From Escherichia phage CMSTMSU, in the sequence record MH494197.1: a stretch of 64,000 nt of DNA; one strand, 5' to 3'. The notes below the pieces were generated by a model, which was not told the origin of the DNA, did not search any database, and saw only the letters and a list, made by a program, of their open reading frames with translations. Position 1 is the stretch's first letter, and each line of letters opens with the position of its first letter. This document shows positions 23,983 to 37,004 of the stretch, piece by piece. Both the position numbers and the translations under genes were made by a program.

Positions 23983-25943
23983 ATGAGTATAAATCGAATT
24001 AGAGGTGATGGTGGTGTAATTATAGATAGTCAGGCATTTCTAGAATTACCTAAAGCACCGACTAAAGAAACCGCTGATGTGGTTAGATCAGGGATGATTA
24101 GATACAATAAAGGATGGAAAGCATTTGAAGGTGTACTAGACTTTGAAGATGGTTCAATGGCATATCGACGTTTTGCAAACCTAGATGCAAACGGTAAACT
24201 TCTTACTTCCCAATTACCAGATTCAGTAACTAGTGGTTTACAATTTGTTGGTACATATAATCCCATCCCAGATGATATCGATCCACCTTTAGCACAAACT
24301 CCACTACCAGCACCATCACCATCGCTTAATGGTGATTATTATGTCGTTCGTGGTATAATGGATGCCGCACAAGCACATTATGAAGCAAATAATCCACAAA
24401 CAAGTCCTGTTACATTTACACCTACAAATCCAACTGGACAAGGTAATTGGATTGAAATTTTATATTATGTTGACTCTAATCCAAATATATCTGGTGCTAA
24501 ACTAGTAACATACGCTTTTGCTAGAATTATTACTGCATCTATTCCCAGTACTGGACATGATGGCCTTGAAAATTTAGCAACAGATACTGACTTGACCAAA
24601 CCATTTGCATCTGGTGTTCCAATGAACCAAACTGCACTTTCAGATGGCGATTGGATTATTATAACTGAAGATAAGAATATACGTCTTCGTCAGTCAAGAA
24701 CAAGCATTTCCGCTGCTTCAGTATTATATGACAATACTGTAATGATTGCAAATCATCGTCAATTTAGAACAAACGCAGGGACCGTTCAAACATCCATAGA
24801 TAACGTTGTGATTGAGTGTTTACGTAGAACTGGCGATTCCATGTATAATGATGGAACAGACGGCTCTGGGCGTTTTGGGGTGGTGTATGGCAGTGCAGCA
24901 GCACCAGCATTGACATTTAATAATAATCCGTTTGACCCAACGAACAACCCGTAATGACCCAACTAAGTGGTCCGATGCTAATACTGGTATATTCCATCCA
25001 GCAGATGATGCAATTGGTTTTACAACAGCCGGAACTGAGCGTGTTCGAATTAATAATGGAACACTAACATTATTCCAAACTACCGCTACACCAGCAGCTA
25101 CGCCAGTAATACGTTTTGATAATGCATCAAACACAAACGTAGGGATAAGTGCAAGTAGTAATATTATTTCTTTAAGTTCAATGAATAAAATTCAAGTTGA
25201 ATTTAAAAATGGTGAATCACATTTTCATGGAAATATTATTGTAGATGGATCAACATCACTAACAGGTGATTTAAACGCAGGTAACATCACTGCCAGCGGA
25301 ATTTAGTTGTTAAAGGTAATACAACACTAGGCGACACTACTGGCGACACTATTACAGTTAATGGTGTTAGTACTTATAATGCAAATACTAATTTCAATGG
25401 AACTAATAACAAATTCAAAACATAAACTTACTAGAGAATGGTGTATTCACATTAGAAAGTACTACAAACCAAAGTGATATAAAACTACTTGGTGCAGACT
25501 TACGTTTCACTATGGGAAGTTATGCTGATGTAAGTATATATGATAACGGTGTTATTCGTACTCGTTTCAACCGATATGGTATTCAATTACCAGTACTGGC
25601 TACAATTGATAACTCAGTTGGTGTTGATGGTATGATTGCATACTCAAATACCGAACGTACATCGATGCAGAAGGTCCAAGGACAATGGGTTCCAATTGGT
25701 TCTGGTTCTGTACGTACTGACCCGTTTACTGCGTCAGCGTGGGTTTTAAACGGCTCATATTACACATTAACAGTAACTGCTAGTAACATAGTAACTGCTG
25801 AAATTCAAGAACTCGTAAGTACTGGTGTTTACACTCGTGTTGAAGTTGATAGTGTCACATTCAATGGAACAAGCGTAGTGTTCAGTATTCCTGCAACTCC
25901 TGATGTGAGATTTGCCGGACGTACACTGGTTACATTAAGATAA
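23983..25943 (+). CDS. fibre-like protein (frame-broken)
   Basis: ORFs 23983-24954, 24932-25306, 25512-25943 on the same strand; Thr/Asn/Gly-rich fibre-like composition (GIFHPADDAIGFTTAGTERVRINNGTL). Confidence 0.45.
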
Positions 25944-25945
25944 TA

Positions 25946-25975
25946 AAAAGGAGACTTATGTCTCCTTTTCTTTAT
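25946..25975. terminator. bidirectional terminator hairpin between convergent genes
   Basis: aaaaGGAGACttatGTCTCCtttt; sequence context very similar to the 5626 hairpin. Confidence 0.5.
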
Positions 25976-26962
25976 ACAGCCATTGGTGCTTTGATCGTTG
26001 GCATTGGATCGTAATTAACTAATTTGAAAGAATCCATAGTGAAATCTTCAATATCAGTAATAGTAGGATCTAACCATAATTCTGGTAATGTACGTGGTTC
26101 ACGTTGGAGTTGCTCTTTTACTTGTTCAATATGGTTTTGATAGATATGGCAGTCGCCACCATTCCAAATAAATTCACCAACATCTAACCCTGTAATTTGT
26201 GCAATCATATGAGTTAGTAGTGAGTAACTACTAATATTAAATGGCACACCAAGGAATAGATCAGCACTACGTTGATGAAGAATACAACTTAGTTTACCCT
26301 GTACAACACAAAACTGCACAAAGCTATGACAGGGTGGCAAAGTCATAGCATCAAGCTCACCAACGTTCCATGCACTTAGAATGTGACGACGACCATATGG
26401 ATCAGTATTGATACCTTCAATAACTTGTTTTAGCTGGTCAGTTACGACGCATAATAACACCATGTGAACCAGTATAATCAATAACTTTATACCCTTTATC
26501 TTTTAGTTCTTGAATTTCTTCAGTACTGGAACTGAATTTATAATCTTCCCATTCACGCCATTGTTTACCATAAACTGGGCCAAGCTCACCATCAGAATAC
26601 CCAAGGCTTACACCTTGATTAAGGTAGTTGTCTGTCCAAATTGTTTTCTTTTCTACATCACGTGTCCCGTGTAAAATTTCACACAGACGACGCTCATCGT
26701 GAGAACCTTCAATAAACCATAACAATTCTGAAGTCATTGCTTTCCAAGCTAAACGTTTAGTAGTTACTGCTGGGAAACCTTCTTTTAGGTCAAAACGCAT
26801 TTGTTGTCCGATTAGCTTGATAGTGCCAACACCAGTACGATCAACGCTTTCGACACCTTGATCCAGAATTCTTTGATATAGTTCTTGTAGTTGTTTCATT
26901 TTACGTCCTTGAAAAATGTAATAAAGTGTTCCATGTGTTTTGTGTAGCATTACGTGAACCAA
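25972..26962 (-). CDS. thyA: thymidylate synthase (one frameshift near 26440-26480)
   Basis: N-part [36 protein letters not shown] and C-part [42 protein letters not shown] in adjacent frames. Confidence 0.85.
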
Positions 26963-27493
26963 TCCCAGTCCAGTTACCGTGTGGTGCTGGTATTGAGAAT
27001 GTTTCAGTAAACTCTTTCAGTACTGTATCATAATAAAATACAGAGCGAGTGTTCATATCATAACAATATATTTCTGGATTGTCAACTGAATCCATATACA
27101 TCTGTACGGCCCATGCAGTTCCACCTGAAACTTGCGTAGGTGATGTAATATTTGCAATACAATATACTCTTTTGTATTAAGTATCTGGTAACTATTCCTT
27201 GCAAGTAAGTTATATACATACGAACCGCTTAGGAACTTTACGGCGTAAAGAGTAACATGCAATGTTTAATTGTTTTAATATTGAACTATCACAAAGGATA
27301 TTGGGTGGAATTTCTAATATAGTATTTTCATCTACGCTGCTTTGGTGACCCTTGAATGAAAAATTTATTACTTCAAATCCATTGTCTTTTGCATAGATAG
27401 AAAAAGGCGGTCAGCACCTGCTGCCCGCCACTGAAACATACATTAGATAAACCATTGATTGCTTCATCTAATTCTATTTTATTCATTTATATT

Positions 27494-28143
27494 ATTTTGC
27501 TTTACGTTCTGCAAATGCCTGTTTAACTTTCTCAATTGCTTTGGTTTGTGAAATTCCTTCTGGGATTTCAATATAGAAAGTTTTGCTATCAGGTGCTACA
27601 GGTGTTGCTTGAACTTGTGGACGTAGAGATGGTTCTAAGTTGTAAGCACGTTCAAAGTGCTCTTTAGCCAACTGCTCATAACGTTGTGCATCTTTAAGTA
27701 GTTGCTCAACAATGGTAGCTTCTTCAACAGAAGTATCAACTTCTTGTGGCTTGAATGGGTTGTATTCTTTAACTTTACCATCTTCATGTTTTTAGCATCA
27801 TTATCATTGATTGCGTTGTTTAGAACATCAAGAGAAATCTTACTGTTTCCACCAACATGCATATCAATATCACAAGTACGTGCACGACGCAAATGTTGTA
27901 GATTATGAAGAACATCTAGCATTTTGCGACCGTCTAGATGACCAATCTTATGCATAACTTCCCACAAATCTACATTCGATTGACCTTGATTCATTACTAA
28001 ATCTGCAACAGATTGAGCATATGCTTCAGGAAGTGAGTCGCGATAAACAATGAGACAATGTTCTGGATCATCAGGAGTGAACGCCATACCACAAATACTC
28101 GTGAACCCGTATTACGTACTACACCAACGTGACGAATAGCCAT
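27494..28143 (-). CDS. hypothetical protein (frame-broken)
   Basis: ATG at 28143 with RBS GGAG (MAIRHVGVV...), continuing into ORF 27635-28087; function not recognised. Confidence 0.3.
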
Positions 28144-28176
28144 TATTATTCTCCTTTATTTTGTTCAGCAGCAGCT

Positions 28177-28377
28177 TGTGCAGCATCAGCTTCTTCTTGT
28201 GCTTTGATATCTTCGAGTGCAGAGTTAGCAAACTCAACAAACTTAGATACGACTGGAGCAACATCAACAAGTTCTTCGACTTTAAATGAATTACGAGCCA
28301 CAGCAGCTTCCATGATTTTAGCAGCGTTGATTAGGTCGATTAGTGTTAGTTGAATTTTTCTGGTTCTTGTTCCATTT
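28177..28377 (-). CDS. small acidic helical protein (below ORF-track size cutoff)
   Basis: MEAAVARNSFKVEELVDVAPVVSKFVEFANSALEDIKAQEEADAAQAAAEQNKGE; the overlapping plus-strand ORF 28129-28353 is low-complexity Ser/Ala and looks antisense. Confidence 0.3.
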
Positions 28378-28410
28378 TAATACTCTCCATGTATGTTGTT
28401 ACAAATATAA

Positions 28411-28440
28411 TTATATCACCTTTTTCCAAGCTGTCCCGCT
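28411..28440 (-). promoter_or_regulatory. sigma70-like extended -10 promoter (TGATATAAT) with CGGGACA upstream element
   Basis: Reverse complement gCGGGACAgcttggaaaaaggTGATATAAT; same architecture at about 59374-59405. Confidence 0.35.
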
Positions 28441-28445
28441 GAAAA

Positions 28446-28475
28446 AGTAGAAACGGAATTTTCCGTTCTCATTAT
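28446..28475 (-). terminator. intrinsic terminator after the VWA-domain gene
   Basis: Minus-strand hairpin AACGGAaaatTCCGTT followed by TCTACTTTTTC. Confidence 0.45.
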
Positions 28476-29889
28476 TTAGTACTTAGCTACGTTGACGCTT
28501 TTGTCAGCTTCATATTCGTAGTGTACAGTTTCGCCAAATGGTGCTTGTTTGTTAGGATTGCTGTGGATAACAAACAGTGTCTTACAGTAATCAGGATCAC
28601 CCCATGACTGCCACGGCTCACCATCGGTAAACATAATAAGCTGTTTAGGCTTATAGTTGTCATGCTTCATATGAACCCATACTGCTTCAAAGTCAGTACC
28701 ACCACCACCTTTCACTGGATATTCGAGAATCTTACTCTCTTCACCAGTTTTGTAATCTTTCACAGTATAAACTTCAGTATCGAACGTCATGATACGGATT
28801 TTAAATTGTTTAAACTGCTTAGTGATACCCAGTACTTCACTGATGAAATCACGGAGCATATCTTCAGAGATAGAACCGGATGCATCTAGTGCAATTGCAA
28901 TATCAATATCATCATCTGGTTTCATACCGGGAAGATTGGATTCCCGTAGAATGAACCAGAACTACCAAAACCAGCACCCCATGAACGACGATTAGGATTT
29001 TGATAAGTTGCATCAGACTTCAACCAGCTACGCAGTGTGCGGTGAAGTTTAGAACGCCAGTCAATCTTAGGTTCTTTGAAGTTGTTAATCATACGTGCGA
29101 TTTCAGCAGGAGTACCACCTGCACGAGCAGCATTCATCATTGCTGTTTTGAAATCATCCATATAATCACGTTTTTGTTTCTCACTTGAACCACCCTCTTG
29201 ACCTTCTTGTGGAACGTCATGCTGGTCGATTGTTGTACCTTTGCCTTTACCATCTTTGATATCACCAAAAGTACCGCGTGATTTACCTTCACCCTCACCA
29301 CTACCAGCCTGTGGATTTCCTTCACCTTCTCCGTCTTGATCCTGCTTATCTTCTTCTTCGAGAATATTATAAATCTCTTCAGCAGTCATACCATCGTACT
29401 TTTTATCGTACAGCCATTGGCTTTGGATTTTACCAATTTTATCACGAACAAGAATCTGGTTAATTGCATAGTCAGCAGCACGGTTATAACGCTGCGGGTC
29501 ACGCATACCACGACGCAAGAAGTGGTCATATGCACAGTGAAGAATTTCATGACAAATAACTGCAATCAGGTTTTCATCAGTCAAACCTTCTGTCATTTCT
29601 TTAAGTTGTTCTTCAGTTACTTCAGGATGTTTCTCACGAATTGCTTCTTCGTATGCTGACTTTTGGATTGGTCCTGAATACCCATGATGAATTCTACGTT
29701 GTAGAATAAATGCTTACCATCTACAGCCAAAGTACGACACCATGTGTTGTTTGCAACTGGACGCAGACGAGAAGCCAGTACACCAAAGAATGGGAATGTT
29801 AGCATTAAAGATGTGCGAGCTAAGATCAGACGATCTTGACATTCTTTCTGGAGAGCCGGAGTAACATCACTGAAACGTTTATCTGACAT
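28476..29889 (-). CDS. VWA-domain protein with N-terminal HExxH metallopeptidase-like domain (DUF2201-type; frame-broken)
   Basis: HEILH in AVICHEILHCAYDHF (ORF 28922-29596); VWA-like DIDIAIALDASGS...TDG (ORF 28476-28925); N-terminal LTFPFFG segment (ORF 29617-29889). Confidence 0.65.
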
Positions 29890-29962
29890 TTGTATTTCCT
29901 CGTTTAGTTAAGATAAAGAAGGATACCATGTGGTATCCTCCTTGTCAACACTCTTTTAATTA

Positions 29963-31288
29963 TTAACCAAGAGAGCGTGCTTTACGTACTAGGTCAGAGT
30001 ACTTCATAACGAAGTCTTTAAACGCTGGTACATCTTTAATCGTAATCGCTACTTTATGAAGCGTGATGGTACGAATCGCCAGTACTGCCAGTTCTGCTTG
30101 AGTTGCAGAGAAGTTATGGTCTAGGAAGGTGATGAAGTTGTTGCACAGCTTACCCCAATCTTCCACTGGTAGACGTTGTTCTTGCTTCTCATTGTAGAGG
30201 TCGATAATTTTGTAAACCAGATTCAGAGTGATGAAGTAGTTCGCGGAAATATCGAGCGAAGCATCAATCTCTTTAATCTCACCCTGTAGGATGGACATGG
30301 TATCTGGTAGTTTAGCTACGTTATCAACATACTCGATGTATTCAGTTGCTACGCCTTCACCAACACGACCTGCAATCATCGCACGGAACACTTCTTTATC
30401 AATGTTCTTAACTTTCTTCAGATCTTCGTAGCGTGCTACTGCTTCCCATGAACGTGGAGAAGTACCACCACAGTGAGAAGGATCTTGTGGGCTAAGGGTG
30501 TTGAAGTGTTTAGCACCAGTGTTGTTGATGAACGCTACAGTTGCTGGGTTCAAACGCTTGCCAATCGCATAATCGTTAATCCAATCTTGATGATAAGGAA
30601 TCATTTCGATGTGGGTCATACGGTCACGCAGTGGTGTAGCTAGAGAGAACGTTACACCGCCATCAGTTTCACGGTTACCTGCTGCGAGAATCAGTGCAGT
30701 CTTAGGTAGCTTCATCTCACCAACACAACGGTCGAGGATTAGCTGATAAGACGCTGCCTGTACAATCGGCATTGCAGAGTTGATTTCGTCAAACAGAATA
30801 ACACCTTTCCAATCTGGAGACAGTTTCAGTACTTTAGGTGCTGCCCACACAACTGCTGTTTCAGCGATGTAATCTTGTGCACTAGCCAGTTCAGATTCAA
30901 TCAGTTGCTTACCATCCATATCAAGGAACACTTTCTCTGGAACTGGGATACCACGAAGGTCACTTGGTTCAATCTGAGACAAACGGAAATCGATAAAGTT
31001 AGTGTCTTGGTCGATTAGTTTGGCTTCAAACGCTGCCAGTTCACGGCGAAGTTGATCAGCATTTTCAGTATCAGCTTCGATTTGTTGTTTCATGAACTCA
31101 ATTTTGCCACGTTATCTTTACGCAGTGGGTAGTTCTCATCAGCGTATTGACGTGCGATAGCAGATTTACCGATACGGGCTACCCCAAATCATCAGGCTAT
31201 CTTGAATCATGTCAGCCAGTGCCATTGCTTCTTTAGCTTTCTTAGGAGTCAGTTTTACGTTCAGGATATCGTTGTTTTGAGTAGACAT
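29963..31288 (-). CDS. MoxR/CobS-like AAA+ ATPase (frameshift near N-terminus)
   Basis: Walker B VILFDEINSA, sensor-like ATPLRDRMTH in the 376-aa ORF; GKS-containing Walker A-like segment (IGKSAIARQYA) in a shifted frame upstream; ATG 31288 with RBS AAAGGAAA. Confidence 0.7.
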
Positions 31289-31455
31289 GTATATTTTCCT
31301 TTTGTTGGATAAAATCGTTTAGGTTTCTATTATAGCCAATCCGTGGGCAAAGTAAAGGAACTGTGTTAAAAGAATTTTAACTTATCAGTTCCTTTGTTAC
31401 TTCATGAATCATCCGTGTATTTAAAAGGCATTTCTCTTTGCCGTCTTGATGTGTC

Positions 31456-31483
31456 ATTATATCACATCGTTCAGGCTTGTCAA
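31456..31483 (-). promoter_or_regulatory. sigma70 consensus promoter TTGACA-N16-TGATATAAT (proximal of tandem pair)
   Basis: Reverse complement TTGACA agcctgaacgatgtga TATAAT. Confidence 0.5.
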
Positions 31484-31545
31484 CAACTTTTTTATTTCTT
31501 TTCAATCTCACATCTTGTGATTTTGAAAACTTGCTTCGTGGTGGT

Positions 31546-31574
31546 CATTATAACACATCATTCGGCGTTGTCAA
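31546..31574 (-). promoter_or_regulatory. sigma70 consensus promoter TTGACA-N16-TGTTATAAT (distal of tandem pair)
   Basis: Reverse complement TTGACA acgccgaatgatgtgt TATAAT; lies in the second of two ~53-nt direct repeats (31453-31505, 31543-31596). Confidence 0.5.
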
Positions 31575-31977
31575 CATCTTTTTCTTTATTTTCGAAGCTA
31601 CATGTGCATCGAAAATAACATTCTAAAATCATCACCACACAATGTTAACTCTGTAACTATCATTTGCGTCGAGAGGTATATGTACTGCCCTTCTACATAG
31701 TAGGGTGAAGTACATATCCTATCAAGCGATGTAAAGATTATAGAACTTTTGAACTCTCTTTGCAAGGGGATTTTTGTAAATTCGTAAAGAATGTTTTCTT
31801 TACAAATTGTATATCCAAACTTGCTAAGTCTTAAACCACCGCCAGTTCTGAAATTTTCAAAATTGACATCAGAAGCATACGGTCTGTTAATTCAGCGTCT
31901 GATCCATGTACTTCTCTAACTTTTAAAAGTACATCGTTTTGAAATTCAGTACTGTTGTGTGGTTCAGGAATCATAAA

Positions 31978-33351
31978 TTACATCCCCACGAAACCCTGTC
32001 TTGCTGCATATGAAGGAGCATCTTTAACTTTATAGTCTTGGACACCATCTTTACCAATTTTCGGACCCATATCTTTGGTTCCGAAGCAGCAATCAGTGGA
32101 TTCATCAACTTCTTCAGTACTTTCATCATTATATCGAACATCCGATAAAATGTCACACGCTTTTGAAGCTTTTCTACGATTTCTTTTGATCTTCACCTGA
32201 TTTAACCTTATCCACAATGTGGATAAGGCATTCGGTGATATCTTTAAGTAAATCGGTGGCAACAGCATCAGAAGGAGTCTCAACTGCAAAACTTTCTTCT
32301 TCAGTAGATTCTTCACTAGAAGTGATTTCATCTAATGCTTCAACCAATTCACGATAATTATATCCCATCTTATTTGTCCCTAGAAATTGTTGATATTTCT
32401 TCTGGAGACTTTCGAAAATGTCTTCGACTTCTTCATCGCTTTCATCTTCTAGTTCTTCGTTACCTTCCACGGACTCATCACTCTCATTAACATTGAGTGG
32501 GTTGTCACCTAGAGCAGTACACGGAAACTTAGGTTCAAATTTGTGAACACGGTTCTCGTTACCGTCATTGTCATAGTACTCTGGTTCAGGACGATTGTCA
32601 ACATCTTCATCAACGACACGTCTCCAGTAGAACTTGTTACCCTTGGTAATAACAACAAAGTGGTCACCTTCTACACCATTAGTTTTAGCTTGACCGTCAC
32701 GAACAGCATCAGCTTCAGTGTTGTAAGGGCCAAAATCAGTACTGTCACCTTGTTCTTCATCTTCAGAGATGGTTAGGTCTGGTAGGAAAGTGTTTTCTTC
32801 AACTTTAACTTCAGTATCTGGGTTACCTTCTACAGAATATTCATCTTCTGGTTCGTCTTGAAGACCAGCTAGAGATAGCATACGACTGAAATCGAATTCT
32901 TCTTCGATGATTTCTTCTTCTTCCTCTTCTTCAACTGATTCTAGTTGAGGTTGACCGGAAAGATCTAAAGAAAACTCTTCTTCATCTGCAACACGGCTCT
33001 TCGAACTCTGCATCCATACTTACTTCTTCAGAATCACCACCAAAATCACCAGCTTCAGCAGATAGTGAGTCAGCAGCAACTTCTAATGGGTCTTCAACAG
33101 GTGCATCAATTGCACCATCCATTGAACCACCAACTTCTTCTTCTGCACCAGCACCAATTGAATCCATATCGAGTGGTGCGATTGGTGTAGAAAGGGTCAT
33201 TGACCCATAGAAGGAACTGGAGCAGCAACAGGAGAAGCTTGACGCTCGGCTTGACCAGCTAGTGCAAGCATACGAGATAGTGTTTCTAGATCTTCAGATT
33301 CTAGTCCTGCGATATCGATTTTAACTTGTGCTTCATTAATTTTTTAGCCAT
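31978..33351 (-). CDS. large highly acidic (Glu/Asp-rich) protein, about 450 aa (frame-broken)
   Basis: ORFs 32982-33200, 32174-33013, 31978-32331 plus N-terminal piece from ATG 33351; runs such as EEEEEEEIIEEEFDF; an A6 run near 33340 breaks the start. Confidence 0.5.
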
Positions 33352-33474
33352 TTTAAATAAATCCTTTTAGTTATCAATCATTCTTATTTAATGATTTTAA
33401 AATTTGCACTGTTTCATCCTTTTTACCAGATAGTAAAATGTCAGCAGCAATTAGAGAAACCTCATCACCACGCG

Positions 33475-34880
33475 TTAAGAGTACTGTAATTTTCTTAGCG
33501 TAAGGTGATTCTTTAATTCGTGAAGCCAATGATTGAACTTCATCACCGGAGCAGGAACTTCAGGTTCTGGCTCTGATACAGGTTCTGGTTCTTTAGTAGG
33601 TTCAGCTTTTGGTTCAACTACATCAGTACTTGATACTTCAGCATCTACTTTATCTTCAGGTTCTTCTTCTTTCTTATCAGCACGTTCTGCATCATAACGA
33701 GCAAGAATGTCATCAGCAGTTGATTTTGGAATCAATTTACCATCAGCACTAATAAAGCGGTTACCACCGATATAAGAATACTCTGTGCCTTTCTTAGATT
33801 TTACTTTAGTTCCGATTTTCATTGCACCAGAACTATTATGGCGAATTATATCACGTTGAGCAGCACGTTCAACACTTTTGCAGCACTAGAATTTAGTTGT
33901 TTTTAGTTTCTACATCAAACCATGCATTTTTTGTTTAATGTATGTTTTACCTTTATTTGAAGTAATGCGGTAACCATGTGGAACCACAACAGATTCAGTT
34001 TCTTCAATCTCTTCATCTGCTTCATTAATGGATTCTTTTGTTGCGAATACTGGCTGTTTTACTGGTTGTTTAGGTTGTTCTGGCTTTTCACCTGAACCAA
34101 AACGTTGTTCACCTGATTCATGATCACCAGTTAGTGAAGGAAAATCACCGGGTTAGCCTTAACAAATTGTTGATATGCATTAAAGATTACATGTGCATTT
34201 TGTTCTGGAATTACAACATTACCATCATTATCACAAAATTCTTTACCATTCCATTCTGAACGAGTATTACCTTGTACTAATGTAGATTTAATTGGAATTA
34301 GTTTGTTTTTGGTGCTAATTGGCGAGCAATACGCATACCTTCATCGGAAAGTTTACGTGTCATTGCTGGGTCAACTGGACGTCCAGATTTTGCATCAACA
34401 AAACGGTGATTTTAGGGATGAATTTAAATCCACTAACTTCCATACCTGCTGGAATAGAAATATCATCAGCATATGGTGGAAGGATATAGAATTTTAGGGA
34501 GTTCCATTCTTTTGTAGAGTTTCTTTTGAAACATTATATACACGGTGGTCATCTGCCATTAGTTCAGTGATAATTTCACTTTCAGTTAGTAGAATTCCAT
34601 CTTTAGAATTGAAACGATTTTCACCAAGAAATGTACACTCTTTACCTTCAAGAATATATTTTTACCAATTTTATATTCACTAGAAGATAGATTGTGCTCA
34701 ACAATCTGTTGTCGAGCACTTGCGTACATGGATGGGTATTTTTAGGGTCTACCATTAACATATTATTGTCGTTAAACCAGAAACCTTCTAGAAATACATA
34801 TTTGCCACCAGTGTGAGAAGTATATACATATCCATTAGGTACTGTGGTAGTTTCAGTACTGAAAAAATTATCCATGTGTT
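33475..34880 (-). CDS. hypothetical protein with Glu/Pro/Lys-rich linker (frame-broken; limits uncertain)
   Basis: ORFs 34648-34917 and 33475-33822 plus in-phase unlisted segments between them. Confidence 0.3.
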
Positions 34881-35079
34881 GATTCTCCTTAAGAAAGCAT
34901 ACGCAAAAGTTGTTCACGCTGCTCTGGACTTAATTTTTGTAGAGCATCAGGATACTAGAACCTTGTGCTTTTGGCTGTTCCTGTGGTGCTGGTTGTGGAG
35001 CATTGTCAGGTTGAGCTTGTGGTGCAGGACGTTGTTGTTCTTCACCTTTATCATCATCACGATAATCATTCATCAAGTC

Positions 35080-35431
35080 ACGTGCTGCTGCCAATAGAGC
35101 AGAACCAACATCTTTAGGAGTAAAAGTACGACGACTGTTATTTCCCGTGTTTTATATCAAGGTTATTTCCTTTGAAGAATTGTGCAACATCAGCATATGG
35201 TACTGATGGCTGTGCTTTACCGTATTTGCGACCAACATAGCGTTTAAATTCAGCCCAAAGACGGTTTGCTTCTGCACCAACTTCTTGTGCACCTTGTTCT
35301 ACTTGACCACTACCGAAAAAGCCTTTTACTTTTCCTTTTGCACTATCTACTGCACTTTGTGAACGACTATATGGACGAGCTTCATTTAGCTCTTCATCAT
35401 TATAGTCTAACATTTCATTAAGTATACTCAT
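35080..35431 (-). CDS. hypothetical protein (Gln/Pro-rich C-terminus)
   Basis: ORF 35138-35431, likely extended by a frameshift. Confidence 0.3.
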
Positions 35432-35960
35432 GTCTCAATCCTTTTACCAAAACCAGCACTCATATATTGAGAGTATTTATTGTCACTTTTAACTGCTTCA
35501 ATCGCATCTTTAACTGCGGTTACAGCACGTTCTTCACCAGCTAAATCATGGCTGTCTTCTGGTTTGCCAAAATCAACACCAATTACTGGTTCGTAATCGT
35601 CAAAGTCAATATCATCTTCGAGTTCGGTCATTTCTTGTTGACGTGGTTCATCTTTACTACGTACACGGATTAGAGCTTCAGTCATACTTAGTAGGTTGCC
35701 AATTTCATACATTAGTACGTTTGATTGAACACCACGGTGGCATTTGAAATCAAACATCCAAATTTCACCACAATCTAATTCATAAAAATCTAGTGGTCTT
35801 TCCATGAAAATAGTTTTCTTTAGTGCACCAATATCAAATGCATCATAACGATCCATTAGGCGTTGTGATACTTTACTTAGTTGCTCATTGGTAGGTTCAA
35901 CTGCAAACTTGACTCGGTATTCAAAACTGGTTTTTATCCGTTAGGATTTGTTGTAATCTA
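35428..35960 (-). CDS. hypothetical protein
   Basis: ORF 35428-35856 with upstream in-phase extension. Confidence 0.35.
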
Positions 35961-35989
35961 TTCATTTTAATAACTCCATAAGGTCGTTT

Positions 35990-36530
35990 AAGTTATTTAT
36001 TTCTGTTCATTGCTGCAAGCATTTCATTGCAGGTTTTATGTGCTACCGCCTGTCCTTCGATGGCTGTTGGGTCACCAACTGATTCAGGTTTCTTAGTTTT
36101 AAGGTTTAGATCGATTTCCATCTTATCTTTCTTGAGTTGAAGATCTACTAATTTAACGTCAGAATCAATGATTTTTGCATGAGCATCGAGAGCAATTTTA
36201 ACATAGAGTTTGCAGCGTTAATCATTTCTGCTGCAAAACGGTCTTCACAGTTGAAAGCACGGTCGAAAATATCTTCAAACTTACGTTCTGCCATCTGTGC
36301 TAAACGATCTAATTGAGTTTTTCTTGCTGTAATATCTGGAAGTTCACGCAACTGAACACGCATAGCTTTCAATTTTTCCATTGCAGCTTTTGCCTCTTCT
36401 AGTGAAATTTCAGTTTCACTCTGTTCATCTTCGTCATCCTGATACAAATCCATCTCTGTATCTTCTTCAGGCTCGGCCTGTCATTTCCATCCATTGTTTA
36501 GCACTAGGTAATCCCAGTGCTTCATCTACT
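35990..36530 (-). CDS. hypothetical acidic coiled-coil-like protein (scaffold-like?)
   Basis: ORF 36148-36453 plus flanking frames; charged helical sequence EEAKAAMEKLKAMRVQLRELPD. Confidence 0.3.
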
Positions 36531-36539
36531 TGTTGTTTA

Positions 36540-37004
<465 letters not shown>

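Noticed and set aside
25972-26962. Possible group I intron in thymidylate synthase, as in T4 td
   Set aside because: The two thyA pieces abut with a single-base frame slip and no intervening sequence; there is no room for an intron.
28129-29659. Plus-strand ORFs 28129-28353, 28662-28889, 28789-28995, 29000-29188, 29278-29463, 29336-29659
   Set aside because: Low-complexity, Cys/Phe/Ser-rich translations antisense to the well-supported minus-strand VWA gene and small acidic gene.
31394-31618. Plus-strand ORF 31394-31618
   Set aside because: It lies within the tandem promoter and direct-repeat region upstream of the MoxR gene, has no RBS and a hydrophobic low-complexity translation.
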